Shown here: positions 52,355 to 64,000 of the stretch, piece by piece
Layout of the letters: every line of letters starts with the position of its first letter
Numbering within the stretch: position 1 is the first letter of the stretch
Assembly: GCF_006345805.1 (NCBI RefSeq)
Contig: NC_043017.1
Location: forward strand, 6,572,001 to 6,636,000
Reading direction: 5' to 3'
Source: Octopus sinensis
Taxonomy: Eukaryota
DNA length: 64,000 nucleotides
Notes under the pieces: generated by a model
What the model saw: the letters and a program-made list of their open reading frames with translations, nothing else
What the model was told of the DNA's origin: nothing
Databases searched by the model: none
Translations under genes and position numbers: made by a program

Positions 52355-53244
52355 GCATCGAGCGTGAAAATCACGTTAACGATAACGCCAGTCTGTGGTG
52401 GTCAGTGCTGATAAATGGGGGATTCGGTCCCTTCTGTATACGGGATGCTGTGTGTGTGTGTGTGTGTGTATGTAGTAATCGACGAACCGACCGACCGACC
52501 GACTGGCTGTCCAGCTGGTCGACCAGTCAGCCAACGACCCGCCATTGCAACTATAGAAACAGTTGTCAGCGATGCTTTTTACTGTTGCTGCTGCTGTGGC
52601 TGCTGTTGCTGTTCTCGTTGATGTCGTGCTGATGGCGGTGGTAGTTGTGGTGATGTTGTCGTTGTCGTTATTGTTGTTGTTGGTGGTGATGGTGGTGGCA
52701 GAATTCTGTTTCTTCATTGATTTATCTACTCCCACCTCTCCTCTTCCCCCTTCCTCTCTCTCTCTCTCTTTCTCTCTACTTCCTTGTGGCTCTCTTCCAT
52801 CTACATGCTCATCGCCACACCATCCAACCATCTATCCATCGTGCGTGCCCTCCTCTCTCTCTCCATCCCTCCCTCCATCCTTCCATCCATCCATCCATCC
52901 ATCCATCTATCCAGCCAGCCAACCAGCCAGTCACTAGTACAACTTGCAGTGTACTTATACTGCACTCCAATGTGCATTACTGCGTGCAGCACTGGTGCTC
53001 TACACCGCTGAACTTGTTAAAATACCACACCATACGGCAACAGTGCCACTCGCTTCTCATCCATCCTCCTCTTCCTTCTCCTCCGACACTCTCTCAATCC
53101 CTTCCTCCCTCTCTCTCTTTATCTACCTATCTATCTATCTACCTTTGTGTCTATCTGTCTTTATCCTTCTCACTCTCTCACTCTTTCTCGGAATCTTTCT
53201 TTCTCTCTTTTCCTGTTCTTCATCCGATCAACTTTCTACGTACG
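52355..53244 (+). promoter_or_regulatory. Candidate promoter/5'UTR of the gene starting at 53245
   Basis: Local retention of CpG (CGACGAACCGACCGACCGACC, GCGTG), no SINE insertions, and position directly upstream of the ATG/donor. Confidence 0.35.
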
Positions 53245-53291
53245 ATGGAGCCAGTTTACAAATATGAAGAATTCTCGCAAATTGAACAAAG
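53245..53291 (+). CDS. Candidate first coding exon MEPVYKYEEFSQIEQ(R/S), product unknown
   Basis: tacgATGG (A at -3, G at +4), 15 non-repetitive codons, then AG|GTAAGG donor (phase 2). Preceded by a CpG-richer, partly unique ~900-bp region. Confidence 0.5.
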
Positions 53292-53496
53292 GTAAGGTAA
53301 AACAAAGTGACAGAAAAAAAAACAAGCTATTTTACACTTAAAAACGGTGGTTCTCAACCATTTTTTTTTTTTCTTTTACTTACAAACTTCCCTTTGAATT
53401 ATCCCCTTTCACTCTGATGGACCCCTCTCATAGCCGTTCGTTATTCAAAACATCCTATTATATACTTTCCTAATTAAATATCATTAGCAATTGTAT

Positions 53497-53762
53497 TCTT
53501 TTATTCTCGTACACGTTTCAGTCACTTCACTGCAGCCATGCTGGAGCACCACCTTAAAGGGTCGTTTTTGGGGGGGTTTTTTGTCGTAGAAATCGACCCC
53601 ACAACTTATTTTTTGGTAAGCCTAGTACTTATTCTATCAGTCTCTTTTGCCGAACTGCTTAGTTGTGGGGACATAAACATACCAACATTGGCTGACGAGC
53701 AATGATGTGGGGACAAACAGACACAAAGACACACACAAACACACATATATGTATATGTGTAT

Positions 53763-53799
<37 letters not shown>

Positions 53800-54018
53800 C
53801 ATACATACATTTATATATGTATATATATGTATGTATGTATATATGTATGTATATATATATGTGATAGGCTTCTTTCAGTTTTTGTCTACCAAATCCACTC
53901 ACAAAGCTTTGGTCAGCCCGATGCTATAGTAGAAGACATTTGACCGAGTGTCATGCAGTGGGACCGAACCCAGAACCTTGTGGGTGGGAAGCAAGCTTCT
54001 TGCCACACAGCCATACCT
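53497..54018 (-). mobile_element. SINE family K inserted in a hAT-like MITE (starting ~53345 CGGTGGTTCTCAACC)
   Basis: Full SINE with expanded internal microsatellite; hAT-type TIR upstream. Confidence 0.75.
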
Positions 54019-55094
54019 GTAATAGAAACAAAATTGTCAAAATATTTTGTGCATTGTCGAAGTATAACCAATTTCTTTGTAGATAAATTTTAACAACAGA
54101 ATTTGCACGGGGATGTAAACACACCAACTCTGGTTGTCAAGTAGTGGTGGGGACAAACAGACACACACACATATACATGAGAGGCTTCTTTCAGTTTCCA
54201 TCTTCCAAATCCGCTCATAAAGCTTTGGTCAGCCCTAGGCTATAGTAGAAGACACTTGCCCAAGGTGCCATGCAGTGGGACTGAACTCGGAACCATGTGG
54301 TTGGGAAGCAAGCTTCTTACCACACTGTCATGGCTGCTTTTCTTTTCTTTTTTCTTTCTTTTTTTTTTTTTGTTTTGTATGTCTGGGAACAGGCATGGCT
54401 GTATGGTTGTGTGTTGTATGTGTGTGTGTTCATGTGTGTGTTTGTGTTTGTGTTAGTCCTCCACTATTGCTTGACAACCAGTGCTAGTTTGTTTACATCC
54501 CTGCAACTTAGCAGTTTGGCAAAAGTGACCGATAGAATGAGTACCAGACTTTAAAAATAAGAAAAAGAAAAATCACTAGGACCTTTTTTTTTTGTTTTGT
54601 TTTTGTTTTTTTTTTTTGTTTCTAAATAAGAACCTTTCAGTGTTGCTCCAGCATGGCTGCAATCCAATAGTTGAAACAGGTACAAGATATAAGATACTTG
54701 GCTAGAACAAACATGGTGGTCATGGCTGGACTAATTACACAACAACTTAAGCAAATAACCAGATTGACAACAACAACAACTGTGACAGGTAACAATAACA
54801 ACAACGAGATGAATAATAATGGTGATGATGGCAACAACAACAACAATAACACTCACAACTGCTTTAAAACTATGACCTCAACTGCAACAGCACCACTGCA
54901 ACTTGAACATTAACAGTAATCTTAAAGATTACCTCCGCAACGACAACAATTACTATCGCCACCACCACCACCACCACTGCCTCAACGATAGCAACATTCT
55001 CATAATTGATTTTACAACAACAACAGCCACTACAGCAATGATCGTTAGTGCCATAATTATGGTAACGACAAGGATCACAATAATAGTAATTACT

Positions 55095-55440
55095 ACTACC
55101 ACCATCACTAACACCACCACCACCATCACTAACACTAACACCACTACCAAACTAACACCACTACCATCACTAACACTACCACCATCACTAACACCACTAC
55201 CACCACCATCATCACTAACACCACTACCATCACTAACACCACTAACACTACCACCATCACTAACACCACTACCACCACCATCATCACTAACACCACTACC
55301 ACCACCACCATCACTAACACCACTAACACCACCACCATCACTAACACCACTACCACCACCACCACCACCACTAACACCACCACCACCATTAACACCACCA
55401 CCATCACTAACATCGCCACCACCTGTAACACTGCCACCAC
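55095..55440. repeat. Higher-order CCATCACTAACACCACTA minisatellite grown from (CCA)n
   Basis: Recurrent unit giving the 'PSLTPL' pseudo-ORF. Confidence 0.85.
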
Positions 55441-56333
55441 TGTCATCAACATCACCACTATCACTAAAACCATTACCATCACGACCAGCAGCAGCAGCAC
55501 CACCACCACCACTCTCACCGATCCCTTAGTGATGACAACAACATTCATAGTTGCAAGTATGATAACAATAACCAACAAACGCCGGGATGACGACCACAAC
55601 AACGGCAAGAATCATATCGATAATAACATCAATTATTACAGCCATCGCTACCTCAATAATGATAATAATAATAATAATAATAGTAATAATAATAATAATA
55701 ATAATAAAAGCAATAATGATTGCAACTACGACGAGAACAATAACGACCGGTAACACCACCGCCACCATCATTACCACCACTACTGCCACTACCACACTCA
55801 TCATCATCATCATCACAACCATCACCATCATCACAGTCATCATCACCATCACCACTACCCTCACTGTCATCCCCACTGCCACCACCACCATTACTACAAC
55901 CGCCACTACCACCACAATAGCAACAACTATAATTACTACTGTAACAATTACAACAGCCGGTACCACTACTACAATTATAACGAGAACAATTACGACCACC
56001 ACCACCTCAATATCAACAGGAAACCTAATTACAACTGCAGTAATGCCTCTTTCTGAATATTGCACAGACCCAGTAATTTTGATGGGAGGGGGCCTTGTTG
56101 ATTAAATTGAAACCCCCACCTGCGTCCCCAGTGATTAACTGATATTTATTTCAATGACCCCAAAAGGATGAAAAGCAAAGTCAACCACAGTGGAATTTGA
56201 ACTCAGAACGTAAAGACAGACGAAATGCCACAAAGTATTTCGTACGATGCTCTTCCAATTCTGCCAACCACAACATGATTAATAACTTGTTGACTTTAAG
56301 GAAAACTTTTGTGGCTGCTATTTCTTTGATGTA

Positions 56334-56553
56334 CAAGGAGGTGCTGAAAAGTTCCCCTTCTTTAAGGGATGTAGCGAAAGGCCTGGCTGGAGGCCCGACC
56401 TTCCCAGTTCTTTTTACAGGGCTTAGTTAAACAGAAGGACCCTTGCATTAAGTGTGTGAATTTGATAGGAGAACACGGTGGATAAAATCACAAGTCACTC
56501 ATCCTACTTTGTTTTCTTTTACCCAAAGCCAGGAAATTTTCAGCCCCACCTTG
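56334..56553. mobile_element. mariner-derived MITE
   Basis: TA|CAAGGAGGTGCTGAAAAGTTCC ... GGAAATTTTCAGCCCCACCTTG. Confidence 0.7.
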
Positions 56554-56877
56554 TGTGTGTGTATATGCATGCTTGTATATGTGTATGTGTGTGTGTGGGT
56601 GTGTATGTATGTGTATATGCATGCTTGTATATGTGTACATGTGTATGTATGTGTGTGTATGTGGGTGTGTATTGTGTGTTTGTGCATTTGTGTTTGTCAG
56701 CCACCAACGCTTGACAACCAATGGTAGCATGTCTACATCCCCATAACTTAGCGGTTCAGCAAAAGACCCCGATAGAATAAGTACTGGGCTTACAAAGAAT
56801 AAGTCCTGGGGTTGATTTGTTCGACTAAAGACAGTGTTCCAGCATGGCCACAGTCAAATGACTGAAACAAATAAAAG

Positions 56878-56913
<36 letters not shown>

Positions 56914-57307
56914 TGTGGCTGTGTGGTGAGAAGTTTGCTTCCCAACCACATGGTTCCAAGTTCAGTCCCACTGCATGGCACCTTGGTCAAGTGTCTTCTA
57001 CTATAGCCTCAGACCAACCAAAGCCTTGTGAGTGGACATGGTTGACGGAAACTAATAAAAAGGTCCCATCGTTTGCATATTGTTGTTGTGTGTGTGTATG
57101 TGTTTGTCCTCATCATTGCTTGACAACCAGTGTTGGTTTGTTTATGTCCCCGTAATTACATGGTGGGATGGTTGCATCCAAAGAAATACTGGTTCAATAC
57201 CTAGCATTGTCAGGGAATGAAATTCCTTTAAAACAATAGGTTAATTGAAGAAAAGAAAATAGAGATAAGGAGGTTTGCAATTATTTATTAGTAACAGATT
57301 GGTCAAG

Positions 57308-57341
<34 letters not shown>

Positions 57342-58118
57342 TTAAACACACACACACACACATATATATATGGAAGGCAGATGTTAAACAATGATGATGA
57401 TATATATATATATTTATATATATAGTCACATATATATATTCATTCACGCACAAGCATACACAAGCAAACATTCAAATACACACGCTCTTGTACACACACA
57501 CATGCACATGTTCATACACACACACACAAACACACGCACATTTAAACACATGTTTAAATGCACATGTTAATACATACACACACACATACACATATGCACG
57601 TGTTCATACATACACACACACACACACATACAGACATTTCATACACACACACATGTATACTGAGATGCGCTGATGTGCATGCATACATGCACTAATGCAG
57701 ATGCAAACACCTGCATACCTATACATATACACACATCACAGATGAGTAAGCATTTACACACTTCGTTTCACTTTATATAACTGCAAATTTCAATACACAC
57801 ACACACAAAAAAAAAAGCTTAAAAGTACATTTCACCACGTACCTTCACACACATTTCACTTAACTGCATGTTTCAACACACACACACATACACATTACTT
57901 GCACACACATACTTACACACATTGTGCACACTTACACACACTCAAATATGCATATGCCTCACAGATTATAGATTCCTCTCTGTATATGTAAACACGTGAA
58001 ATTGAACACACATCAATGCACATCGTTTCCAGTGTGTATATACACATTAATACACACAGATTTTAGCATTTATGCACATATCCTATACACATAGTTTATG
58101 AGTGTGCATGCTCGTGTG

Positions 58119-58166
<48 letters not shown>

Positions 58167-58227
58167 TACACACACGCATGTATGTGTGTCTTTGTGTATA
58201 TATATAAATATATAAATAAATATATAA

Positions 58228-58275
<48 letters not shown>

Positions 58276-58298
58276 GTATATATATATATATGTTTATA

Positions 58299-58339
<41 letters not shown>

Positions 58340-58518
58340 CAATACATGCAGTTTAGGAGTGTATATACACTCACAAATACACACAATTTATGAGTGTATA
58401 CATACACCAATACATACAGCATCATTGTGTATATAAATCAATGCACATAGTTTCTAGTGTATATACATACATCAGATTATCTCTTTTCAGTGTATATATA
58501 TATATGTATATACATATA

Positions 58519-58910
58519 CAGGAGTGGCTGTGTGGTAAGTAACTAGCTAACCACCCACATGTTTCTGGGTTCAGTCCTACTGCGTGGCATCTTGGGCAAG
58601 TGTCTTCTGCTATAGCCCCAGGCCGACCAATGCCTTGTGAGTGGATTTGGTAGACAGAAACTGAAAGAAGCCTGTCATATATATGTATATATATATATAT
58701 GTATGTGTTTGTGTGTCTGTGTTTGTCCCCCTAGCATTGCTTGACAACCGATGCTGGTGTGTTTACGTCCCCGTCACTTAGCGGTTTGGCAAAAGAGACC
58801 GATAGAATAAGTACTGGGCTTACAAAGAATAAGTCCTGGGGTCGATATGCTCGACTAAAGGCGGTGCTCCAGCATGGCCGCAGTCAAATGACTGAAACAA
58901 GTAAAAGAGT
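58519..58910 (+). mobile_element. tRNA-derived SINE family K (~400 bp, internal TA/TG microsatellite), representative copy
   Basis: Head CAGGAGTGGCTGTGTGGTAAG, B box GGGTTCAGTCC, tail CAGTCAAATGACTGAAACAAGTAAAAGAG. Other copies (approx.): 5580-5820, 16390-16460, 17597-17775, 19240-19446, 26745-26945, 32790-32945, 36897-37170, 42987-43205(-), 43610-43765(-), 48070-48222(-), 54108-54328(-), 54440-54680, 56690-57155, 60010-60785(-), 61160-61312. Confidence 0.88.
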
Positions 58911-60244
58911 ATATATACACAGACACACATCATTACACACAGGCCAGCTCCTCTCAAACCATCTGACCCATGCCAGCATGGAAGGAGGACGTTAAATGAC
59001 AACGACGACGGTGATTGATGATGATGAAATAAAATGTTTTGGTGCATGACTTTTGGTCAACTCTGTATATACTTGCACGTGCCTCTGTGTGTGTGTGTGT
59101 ATTTGCCGACAGTGGAACCACTGTGTGGTCAGTGTCCTACAAACAGAAGAGCTGACCAAACTGACTTAGACATTAACAACGGAATATCTACATCAAATTT
59201 GAACTTGCTGCCACCCGTAATTGATTACCCAGATACTCTTTTACCACTTCAGTGGTCAACTGGTATTTATTTTATCAACCCTAAAAAAAATAAAAAAGGA
59301 AAGTCAACTTGTGTGGAATTTGAACTCAGAACCTAAAGACACAAAATAGTGCTAAACATTTTACTTGGCATGCTTACAGTATTCCTGGCTTATGGCCTTG
59401 TATGGTTTGTTTAATGATGCTTTCAAATTTTGGCACAAGGCCAGCAATTTTGAGGTAAGGAGGCTCAGTCAGTTACATCGACACCAGTGTTTAACTGGTA
59501 CTTATTTTATCGACCCGGAAAAGATGAAAAGCAAACTCACAGCTTTGGTGGGATTTGAACTCAGGACGTAGCGACATGTGAAATACTGCTAAGCATTTCG
59601 TCCAGCATGCTAACGATTCCACCAGTTCACCACCTTATAGAGATCTATTAATATCCATATTACCTCATCCAAACAAACACATTTTAACTCTTGGAATATT
59701 TTTCCTAATTGCTTAGTCAGCCCGTAATTAACAGACTATAATTAGCCAGACCATAATTATCAATTTTTCACGTCGTCGTCATCACCATTTAACCCCGTAA
59801 ATGGTGGGAAACAGTTGCATGGGTGGGTGTGCCAAATGGGCAAAAACACAAAGAAAATGTCTATTTTTTTTAAAAGTACTTTTTATACCTATTTTCACTT
59901 TAAATGAGCACAAAAACTTTAATAACTGTTAATCACTCACACATTAAATTTTAAAACCTCGTTATCGTTAAGTGACATAAAATATTTACTTTGATGACAG
60001 CTGTATGTGTCACTTGTTTCAGTCATTAGACTGCAGCCATAAAGAATTTTAGTCAAATAAATTGACCCCAATACTTACTTTTTTTTAAAGCTGGTATTTG
60101 TTCTATCAGTCTGTTTTTGCCAAACTGTTAAGTTATGGGGGATGTAAACACACCAACACCAGTTGTCAAGTGGTCTTGGTGGTGGACAAAGACACACACA
60201 TACACACACACACACACACACATAATGGGCTTCTTTCAGTTTCT

Positions 60245-60644
60245 TATTTCTTTACTACCCACAAGGGGCTAAACATAGATAGTACAAACAGATTAAGTCA
60301 ATTATATCGACCCCAGTGCGTAACTGGTACTTATTTAATTGACCCCGAAAGGATGAAAGGCAAAGTCGACCTCGGCAGAATTTGAACTCAGAATGTAACG
60401 GCAGACGAAATACCTATTTCTTTACTACCAACAAGGGGCTAAACACAGAGGGGACAAACAAGGAAAGACAAACGGATTAAGTCGATTATATCGACCTGAG
60501 TGCGTAATTGGTACTTATTTAATTGACCCCGAAAAGATGAAAGGCAAAGTCGACCTTGGCGAAATTTGATCTCAGAACGTAGCAGCAGATGAAATACTGC
60601 TAAGTATTTCACCCGGTGTGCTAACGATTACGCCAGCTCGCCAC
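60245..60644 (-). mobile_element. Dimeric SINE M variant (alternative tail) nested in a family K SINE
   Basis: 15-bp target duplication CTTCTTTCAGTTTCT at 60230-60244 and 60645-60659; two tandem units. Confidence 0.85.
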
Positions 60645-61666
60645 CTTCTTTCAGTTTCTGCCTACCAAATTCAATTACAAGGCTTTGGCCAGCCTGAGGT
60701 TATAGTACAAGATGCCATACAGTGGGACTGAAACCAGAACCATGTGGTTTGGGAAGCAAGCTTCTTACCACACAGCCACGCCTGCACATATTAAGGGTTG
60801 ACATTCCATATTTCCACGTTGGCGTTGGTCAGGTGGTTTGACAAGATTTGATGGGGTTAAAGACTGCATTGTACTCCATTGTCTGCTTCGATAAACACTC
60901 CAAAGAAACTGCATGTAAGCAGATTCAAGGGGCTGTTCTGGTGTTTTTAATGTTGGATGTTAGCCACATCCATTCTGTTTACAAGTATTTGGATCAGGTT
61001 TATGGTCAAAGGACAACTTCCATTTCTTGTACCAGCCTCAAGGACCCTAAAAATGGTCAATGGAACCACGTTTCTTCCCTTGACTGTGTCATTAACCTTT
61101 GTTTTATGATAACAATTCATTCGTTTGTTACCATATTCAGTTTTAAAATAGCTCTGGTAGGTGTCAGTGCGGCTGTGTGGTAAGAAGCTTGCTTCCCAAC
61201 CACATGGTTCCGGGTTCAGTCCCACTGTGTGGTACCTTGGGCAAGTGTCTTTTACTATAACCATGAGCCAACCAAAACCTTGCGAGTGGATATGGTAGAT
61301 TAAAACCGGAAGAAACTCTTAACCTCTGTGTCATCACCATCATCATGCTCCAAATTCTGTATTCCATGCTGGCATGGGTTGGACGGTTTGACCAGAGCTG
61401 GTAAGCTGGAAGGCTGCTCCAAGTTCCAGTCTGGTTTGGTCTGGTTTCCACTGCTGGATACTTTTCCTAATGCCAACCACTTCACAGTGTGTGCTGGATG
61501 TTTTTTAATGTGGCACCCTATGAATGCTATCATGTGGCACTGACATGAGTGCTTTTTATGTGGCACTGGCACATGAGTCTTACCAACCAATCCTTTTCAG
61601 GGTGGGGGGTGGGGGTTGCCCTAACACTTCTGCTGTGGAGGACAGGTGTGTGTGTGTATCTATATA

Positions 61667-61750
61667 TCTATTATATAAAATCTGTTCTGTCTGTCTGTCT
61701 GTCTGTGTGTCTTCTAGGATCTCGGGTATCCTCCACCCGATTGCGCTCAA
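61667..61750 (+). mobile_element. Helitron 5' fragment
   Basis: A|TCTATTATATAAAA plus (TCTG)n plus CCGATTGCGCTCAA, similar to the 5' part of the 12332 element. Confidence 0.55.
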
Positions 61751-62537
61751 TGATGCTTGATGCTTGTGAATGAGTGTCACAGTTATACAAGCAGCATCAT
61801 TCATTACAAATCTTCCATGAAAACATGTCTGCCAGCAGAGAAACGAACGTCTCCTTGGTTGGAAACAGGCAAAGGTTGGTGACAGGAAAGGTATCCAACC
61901 GTACAAAAATCTGTCTTGAATAATTCCATCTGACCCACCTGAGCGTAGAGAATGGACATTGAAAGATAATGACAATGACAAATTTGGCGGTGATGATGAT
62001 GATGTTGATGACAACAATGCTGACAACTGATAATGAGAATGATGACAATAGCAATGATGGCAATGATAACAATGATGATGATGAGGGTGATGGCAGTGAT
62101 GATGATGCTGATGATGATGATAATGATATTTACACAGACACTTCTATTACAGCTTTCTACTGACCTTTGGTGTTTATATACCATATCATATAGTTTTTAA
62201 TATCAAATATATATATATATAGATAGATAGATAGATATATACACACATCCTTAATTAATCTTTAGACACATCAAAGACACTAGCAGACATCTACATTAGA
62301 CAAAGATATGTTCAATAGAGTTTTTTAAATTGATAATAATCTTTGATAATGTTAATAGATGTCTATGTTTTTCTTTATCAAAATTCAATCTTACTTGAAA
62401 GGGGCTTTAAAAAAAAAGGGTTCACTATTTTTTGTTTTGTTAATTAAAATTTGTATTTTAGTGTTGTAAAATCACACAGTAATAAGTATTTGTGTTTATG
62501 TGGTTGTATTGTATACTAGCGTGACTACAAGACTTTT

Positions 62538-62625
62538 ATCATAAATTTATGACCTGGCCACTAGCACCAAATCATCGTAAGTTTATGACTTAGTTGCTCG
62601 CACCAAATCATCATAAATTTATGAT
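62538..62625. repeat. 36-bp period repeat with a 14-bp palindrome
   Basis: ATCATAAATTTATGA at 62538 and 62610, variant ATCGTAAGTTTATGA at 62574. Confidence 0.75.
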
Positions 62626-62632
62626 TTATGTG

Positions 62633-63489
62633 CAAGGTCGTATCAAAAGGTTCCCAGCCTAATCATGTTTAATATAAACTTATTTACCGCAGTTTTAACC
62701 TAATCTCCTTTGAAATGGTCTCGCCTTGTGTAGCAGTAAACTGGTCTCAGAGTTCCTTCCACTTTTGGAATCCAGCCTGGAAGTCATTTTCTGTAAGTCA
62801 AAGATCTTCTGCGATTTGCTCTGGATTTTGACAACGGTGTTAAAACAGTGACCTTTGAGCAACATTTTCATCTTGGGGAAGAGATGGAAGTCCACAAGTG
62901 CTAAATCTGGTGATACCATGTTGTTTTTAGTGAGAAACTCACAAGTGATGAGAGCTTGATGACAGGATGCATTGTCACTGTGAAGAATTTAATTCTTCAT
63001 GCTTCACAGAATGTCGCAGTAGAACTCTCGATTGATGCTCTGGCCCGAGGTGGGGGAAGAAATTCTCAACACACAATACCACATTTCTTGGGGTAATGCT
63101 CATGGCAGATCTTCCAGATCACTCGGCATCTTCCAGGGATGTCCTTCTGTTTTTGAAGTGCCCATGTCACTTGAAACATTGTGTACGGTCCATTACCTTA
63201 TCGCCGTGACCTTCCCGAAGCATGCTCAATGTCTCTGTAGCAGACTTCCCAAGTTTAACACAAAATTTCACATTGGCACTTAGTTCCTGTCCATGACAAA
63301 ATCACAGATTACAGCCTACATGTTGATCCCAAAAACACAAATTTCACAACTTGCGAAGTAAACACAGCAATGTCACCCAGTACACTGCCTCGTGAAGGTC
63401 ACCACGGGCTCTCATTGCACATGCAACCATGTGGTGCCATCTGTTGGTACATTACAAGACTAATTCGGGAACTTTTTGATACCACCTCG
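62633..63489 (-). mobile_element. Internally deleted, decayed mariner transposon
   Basis: TIRs CAAGGTCGTATCAAAAGGTTCCC / GGGAACTTTTTGATACCACCTCG followed by TA. Minus-strand remnants NVKFCVKLGKSATETLSML (HTH region) and SPDLALVDFHLFPKMKMLLKG (YSPDLAP.D motif). Confidence 0.9.
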
Positions 63490-63541
63490 TATGTATACAC
63501 CTATATCTTTCTCTTTCTCGCCCACTCTGTCTCTCTATTGA

Positions 63542-63575
<34 letters not shown>

Positions 63576-63582
63576 CATATAT

Positions 63583-63781
63583 AGGGAGAGTTTATGAAAA
63601 AAAACAAAAGACGAAGACAGGTGGTGTACAAAACAAACAGATGTATAAGTATAACGCTCAGGAATAGAAAAAGTCTTTAACGTTTCGAGCCTACACTCTT
63701 CTACAGAAAGGGACACAGAAAAAAATAAGGAGAGAAACAAGGAGAGAAAAAAAATGTGTGTAGTGGCTAACGATCTATCAT
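63583..63781 (-). mobile_element. Short HHR-bearing repeat (family B)
   Basis: Minus strand CTTT-CTGTAGA-A-GAGT-gtag-GCTC-GAAA-CG-TT-AAAG at 63675-63710; abuts (TA)n. Confidence 0.7.
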
Positions 63782-63841
63782 GTATATGAATGTATATATG
63801 TGTGTTGTATGTATGTATATATTTATGTTTATGTATCTATA

Positions 63842-63872
<31 letters not shown>

Positions 63873-64000
63873 TTATATATGTGTGTGTGTATATATATGT
63901 ATATATTTATATGTTTATATGTGTGTGTATTTATATGTTTATGTGTGTATATATATGTGTGTGTATGTGTGCTAGGAATGTTGTGATGACTGACATAACA

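Noticed and set aside
54903-55529. Proline-rich extensin/mucin-like ORF
   Set aside because: It is a (CCA)n-derived minisatellite that is also open in the antisense frame, with no exon boundaries.
62538-62625. CRISPR-like array
   Set aside because: Eukaryotic context, only three units, linkers similar to each other, and no cas genes.
1-64000. Hundreds of ORFs in the track (poly-[16 protein letters not shown])
   Set aside because: They are translations of microsatellites and SINEs, with no domain-like content.

Overview
AT-rich, repeat-saturated eukaryotic non-coding DNA. The SINE repertoire and very dense (TA)n/(CA)n/(ATC)n/(TAA)n/(CT)n microsatellites look like a coleoid cephalopod (octopus) genome; this is inferred from repeat recognition, not a search. 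There is no intact gene, and almost all ORFs in the track are microsatellite or SINE artefacts. Contents: (1) three tRNA-headed SINE families plus an RTE-associated non-autonomous family; (2) decayed LINE fragments (two RTE-like, one R4/Dong C-terminus abutting (TAA)n); (3) a decayed mariner, Tc1/mariner/pogo, hAT and piggyBac-type MITEs, two complete non-autonomous Helitrons and one Helentron/HINE-like element; (4) a plausible first coding exon (ATG 53245, donor 53292) behind a CpG-richer 5' region, and a few weaker candidate exons and promoters. The strongest signal is about 17 minimal type I hammerhead-ribozyme (HHR) motifs from roughly 6-7 sequence-distinct families. They have short palindromic stem III, as known for Penelope-like elements and retrozymes, and most sit next to (TA)n. 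They include a canonical GUC copy (50572-50612), copies with very long or microsatellite-filled stem II, a multicopy family with an altered core position 6, and a 165-bp palindrome carrying two back-to-back HHR-like motifs. All structures were read by eye; none is computationally or experimentally verified.
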